Source: a virus (taxonomy: Duplodnaviria > Caudoviricetes). Taken from it: a stretch of 25,308 nt of DNA. Position numbers and translations under genes: made by a program. A model generated the notes under the pieces. It did not search any database. It had not been told where the DNA came from and saw only the letters and a program-made list of their open reading frames with translations. Numbering within the stretch: the stretch's first letter is position 1; every line of letters starts with the position of its first letter. The stretch is from IMG/VR virus record IMGVR_UViG_3300050330_000015, positions 1 to 25,308 of that record, one strand, 5' to 3'. Shown piece by piece: positions 23,971-25,308 of the stretch.

Positions 23971-24171
23971 ATGCCGAACCTCTATTTCGCAAGCCCGGTG
24001 CGCGTGATCCTGGGCACGCGCGACTTCAAGGCCGATGTCGTGTCGTCGGTCAGTAAGGCGGCTGAGCTGCTGCTCAACGACTGGCCGGACGGCGGCGGTC
24101 CAGCGCCTTGGCATCGGCAACAGGCGTTGCCGGATCGAGCCAGGCGTCATAGGCATCCGGGTCGAGGATGA
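23971..24171 (+). pseudogene. DUF982-like gene, 3'-truncated near 24103
   Basis: MPNLYFASPVRV..VVSSVSKAAELLLNDWPDGGG resembles the DUF982 N-half, then runs into the antisense strand of the SRAP gene. Confidence 0.55.
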
Positions 24172-24664
24172 CCGGCTGGCGGTCGTGGATCTGGCGCATG
24201 GGCTCGCCCGCGGCGGCTGTCAGGATCGTGCAACTGGTGATGTCGAGCGGCTGGTTGTAGGCCCACAGTCCCGCGAAGCTGAAAGGCCGCTCGCCGGGCA
24301 GGTGGATGTACCACGGGTCCTTGCCGCCGTCCTCGGCCCTGGTCCACTCGTAAAATCCGTCTGCAGGGATCAGACAGCGCTTGGACCGGAAGGCATCGCG
24401 AAAGGCCGGCTTGTCGGCCGCCTCCTCGGAACGCGCGTTGAACATGGCAAATTTGGGCCTCTCCTTGGCCCAATGCGGCACCAGCCACCACATGCCGGTG
24501 CGGATGCGTTGAAAGCCGTCGTCGCCGGCGGTGACAAAGATCACGTCCTGCGTCGGCGCGATGTTGTAGCGCGCCTCGGTGTTGCGGCCGCGCTCGGCCT
24601 CGGTCAGCCGGTACATCGCATGGATTTCGCGCCATGCATGATGTCGGGTAAAGCGTCCGCACAT
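24074..24664 (-). pseudogene. yedK: SOS response-associated peptidase (SRAP/YedK/HMCES family), C-terminally truncated
   Basis: MCGRF start, RYNIAPTQ, NARSE, RCLIPADGFYEW, HDRQPVIL motifs; GGAGG RBS; lacks the usual terminal 'V...VN' segment after DAKAL. Confidence 0.8.
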
Positions 24665-24727
24665 GGTCCACCTCCATCCGTGACCGGGCCATCGAAAACA
24701 TATCTGGCCTTGACCGGCAAGGAAAAT

Positions 24728-24742
24728 GTTCCTTATTCGTTC
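24728..24742. promoter_or_regulatory. Alphaproteobacterial LexA box
   Basis: GTTC-CTTATTC-GTTC (GTTC-N7-GTTC) between the divergent SRAP and Zn-ribbon genes, downstream of TTGACC at 24710-24715. Confidence 0.8.
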
Positions 24743-24747
24743 TTGTC

Positions 24748-25053
24748 ATGCCGGAGCGGTATCAAAAAGGGCCGAGCCCGTGGACCCTGTCGAAGGCCGT
24801 GAGCGGCGGAGAAATTGTCCGTATCCGCTGCGGCCACTGCAACATCACGCGTTTCTACGATCCCGCCGACCTGCTCAAGCTCGTGGGCGATGTGTGGGCA
24901 GACGCGATCCGCATGCGCTGCGAGCGCTGCGGCAAGACAGAGTGGATCGGCGCGAGCTTCGAGTTGATGGCGGCGTCCGAGCGGCAGCGCGTCCGGCTCC
25001 GGCGCCTGGTCGACGTCCGAACGGTGCGTAAGGTGATCTGGCGGGATGAATGA
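24748..25053 (+). CDS. Small zinc-ribbon protein (CxxC...CxxC)
   Basis: RCGHC and RCERC motifs; 101 aa; directly behind the LexA box. Confidence 0.75.
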   Translation: MPERYQKGPSPWTLSKAVSGGEIVRIRCGHCNITRFYDPADLLKLVGDVWADAIRMRCERCGKTEWIGASFELMAASERQRVRLRRLVDVRTVRKVIWRDE

Positions 25054-25257
25054 GGCCAACCGCTAGAAAAATGCCGAGCATTCCGGTCTGCCTTGTATCC
25101 TCAGGAATCGCCAAACCGGAACAAAAGCGGAAATCTCTGTACGGGTTTTGTACGGAAAGCGCCCGCATCTTCCCGGTTTGTTCCTGCAAGAAACTGCATG
25201 GAACCATCACCAAGAACAAAAATAGTTCGTGCAATAGACTGATATCGTTATGAAAAT

Positions 25258-25308
25258 TGGCGCACCCGACAGGATTCGAACCTGTGACCTCTGCCTTCGG
25301 AGGGCAGC
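25258..25308 (-). tRNA. 3' portion of tRNA-Arg(CCG); probable prophage att core
   Basis: Minus strand reads GCTGCC-CTCCGAA-GGCAG-AGGTC-ACAGG-TTCGAAT-CCTGT-CGGGTGCG-CCA: anticodon arm (CCG), T arm and encoded CCA; cut by the window edge. Confidence 0.92.

Larger units (their letters stand above)
1..25308 (+). mobile_element. Right arm of a temperate siphovirus-like prophage (tail, lysis and cargo modules up to a tRNA-derived att site)
   Basis: Co-oriented, often overlapping structural genes in canonical order (connectors, tube, chaperone with frameshift, tape measure, tip/fibres, lysis); the window ends in the 3' half of a tRNA. Confidence 0.95.

Noticed and set aside
25050-25253. 67-aa ORF near the att site, and GAAC-N7-GTTC at about 25214-25228 as a LexA box
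   Set aside because: AT-rich att-flanking DNA without coding character; the palindrome does not fit the alphaproteobacterial direct-repeat LexA consensus

Overview
This is the right-hand ~25 kb of a siphovirus-type prophage from a GC-rich alphaproteobacterium. The host group (probably Hyphomicrobiales/rhizobia) is inferred from gene families and an alpha-type LexA box. Gene order: head-tail connector genes; tail tube; tail assembly chaperone with a clear -1 frameshift; a cargo insert (RelE-like toxin pair plus lipoprotein); a 1814-aa tape measure protein; tail-tip and fibre genes, including a Thr/Ser-rich collagen-like fibre translationally coupled to a GT4 glycosyltransferase; a GH19 endolysin/holin/spanin lysis cassette; a DUF433-DUF5615 TA pair; a decayed SOS cassette; and the 3' part of tRNA-Arg(CCG) (probable att core) at the window end. 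The most unusual element is a non-coding stretch at 19552-20213. It holds six degenerate ~110-bp tandem units. On the minus strand each reads as sigma70-like promoter (clear in 5 of 6), short 5' hairpin, then a conserved GC stem closing a unique 19-24 nt loop. This looks like a phage-encoded array of independently promoted small RNAs with variable guide-like loops. A second notable item is a Tat-signal protein (11720-12202) built from a tape-measure C-terminal motif plus a paralogous copy of a domain of the downstream tail protein. All family assignments are by eye from motifs and gene order; no database search was run.
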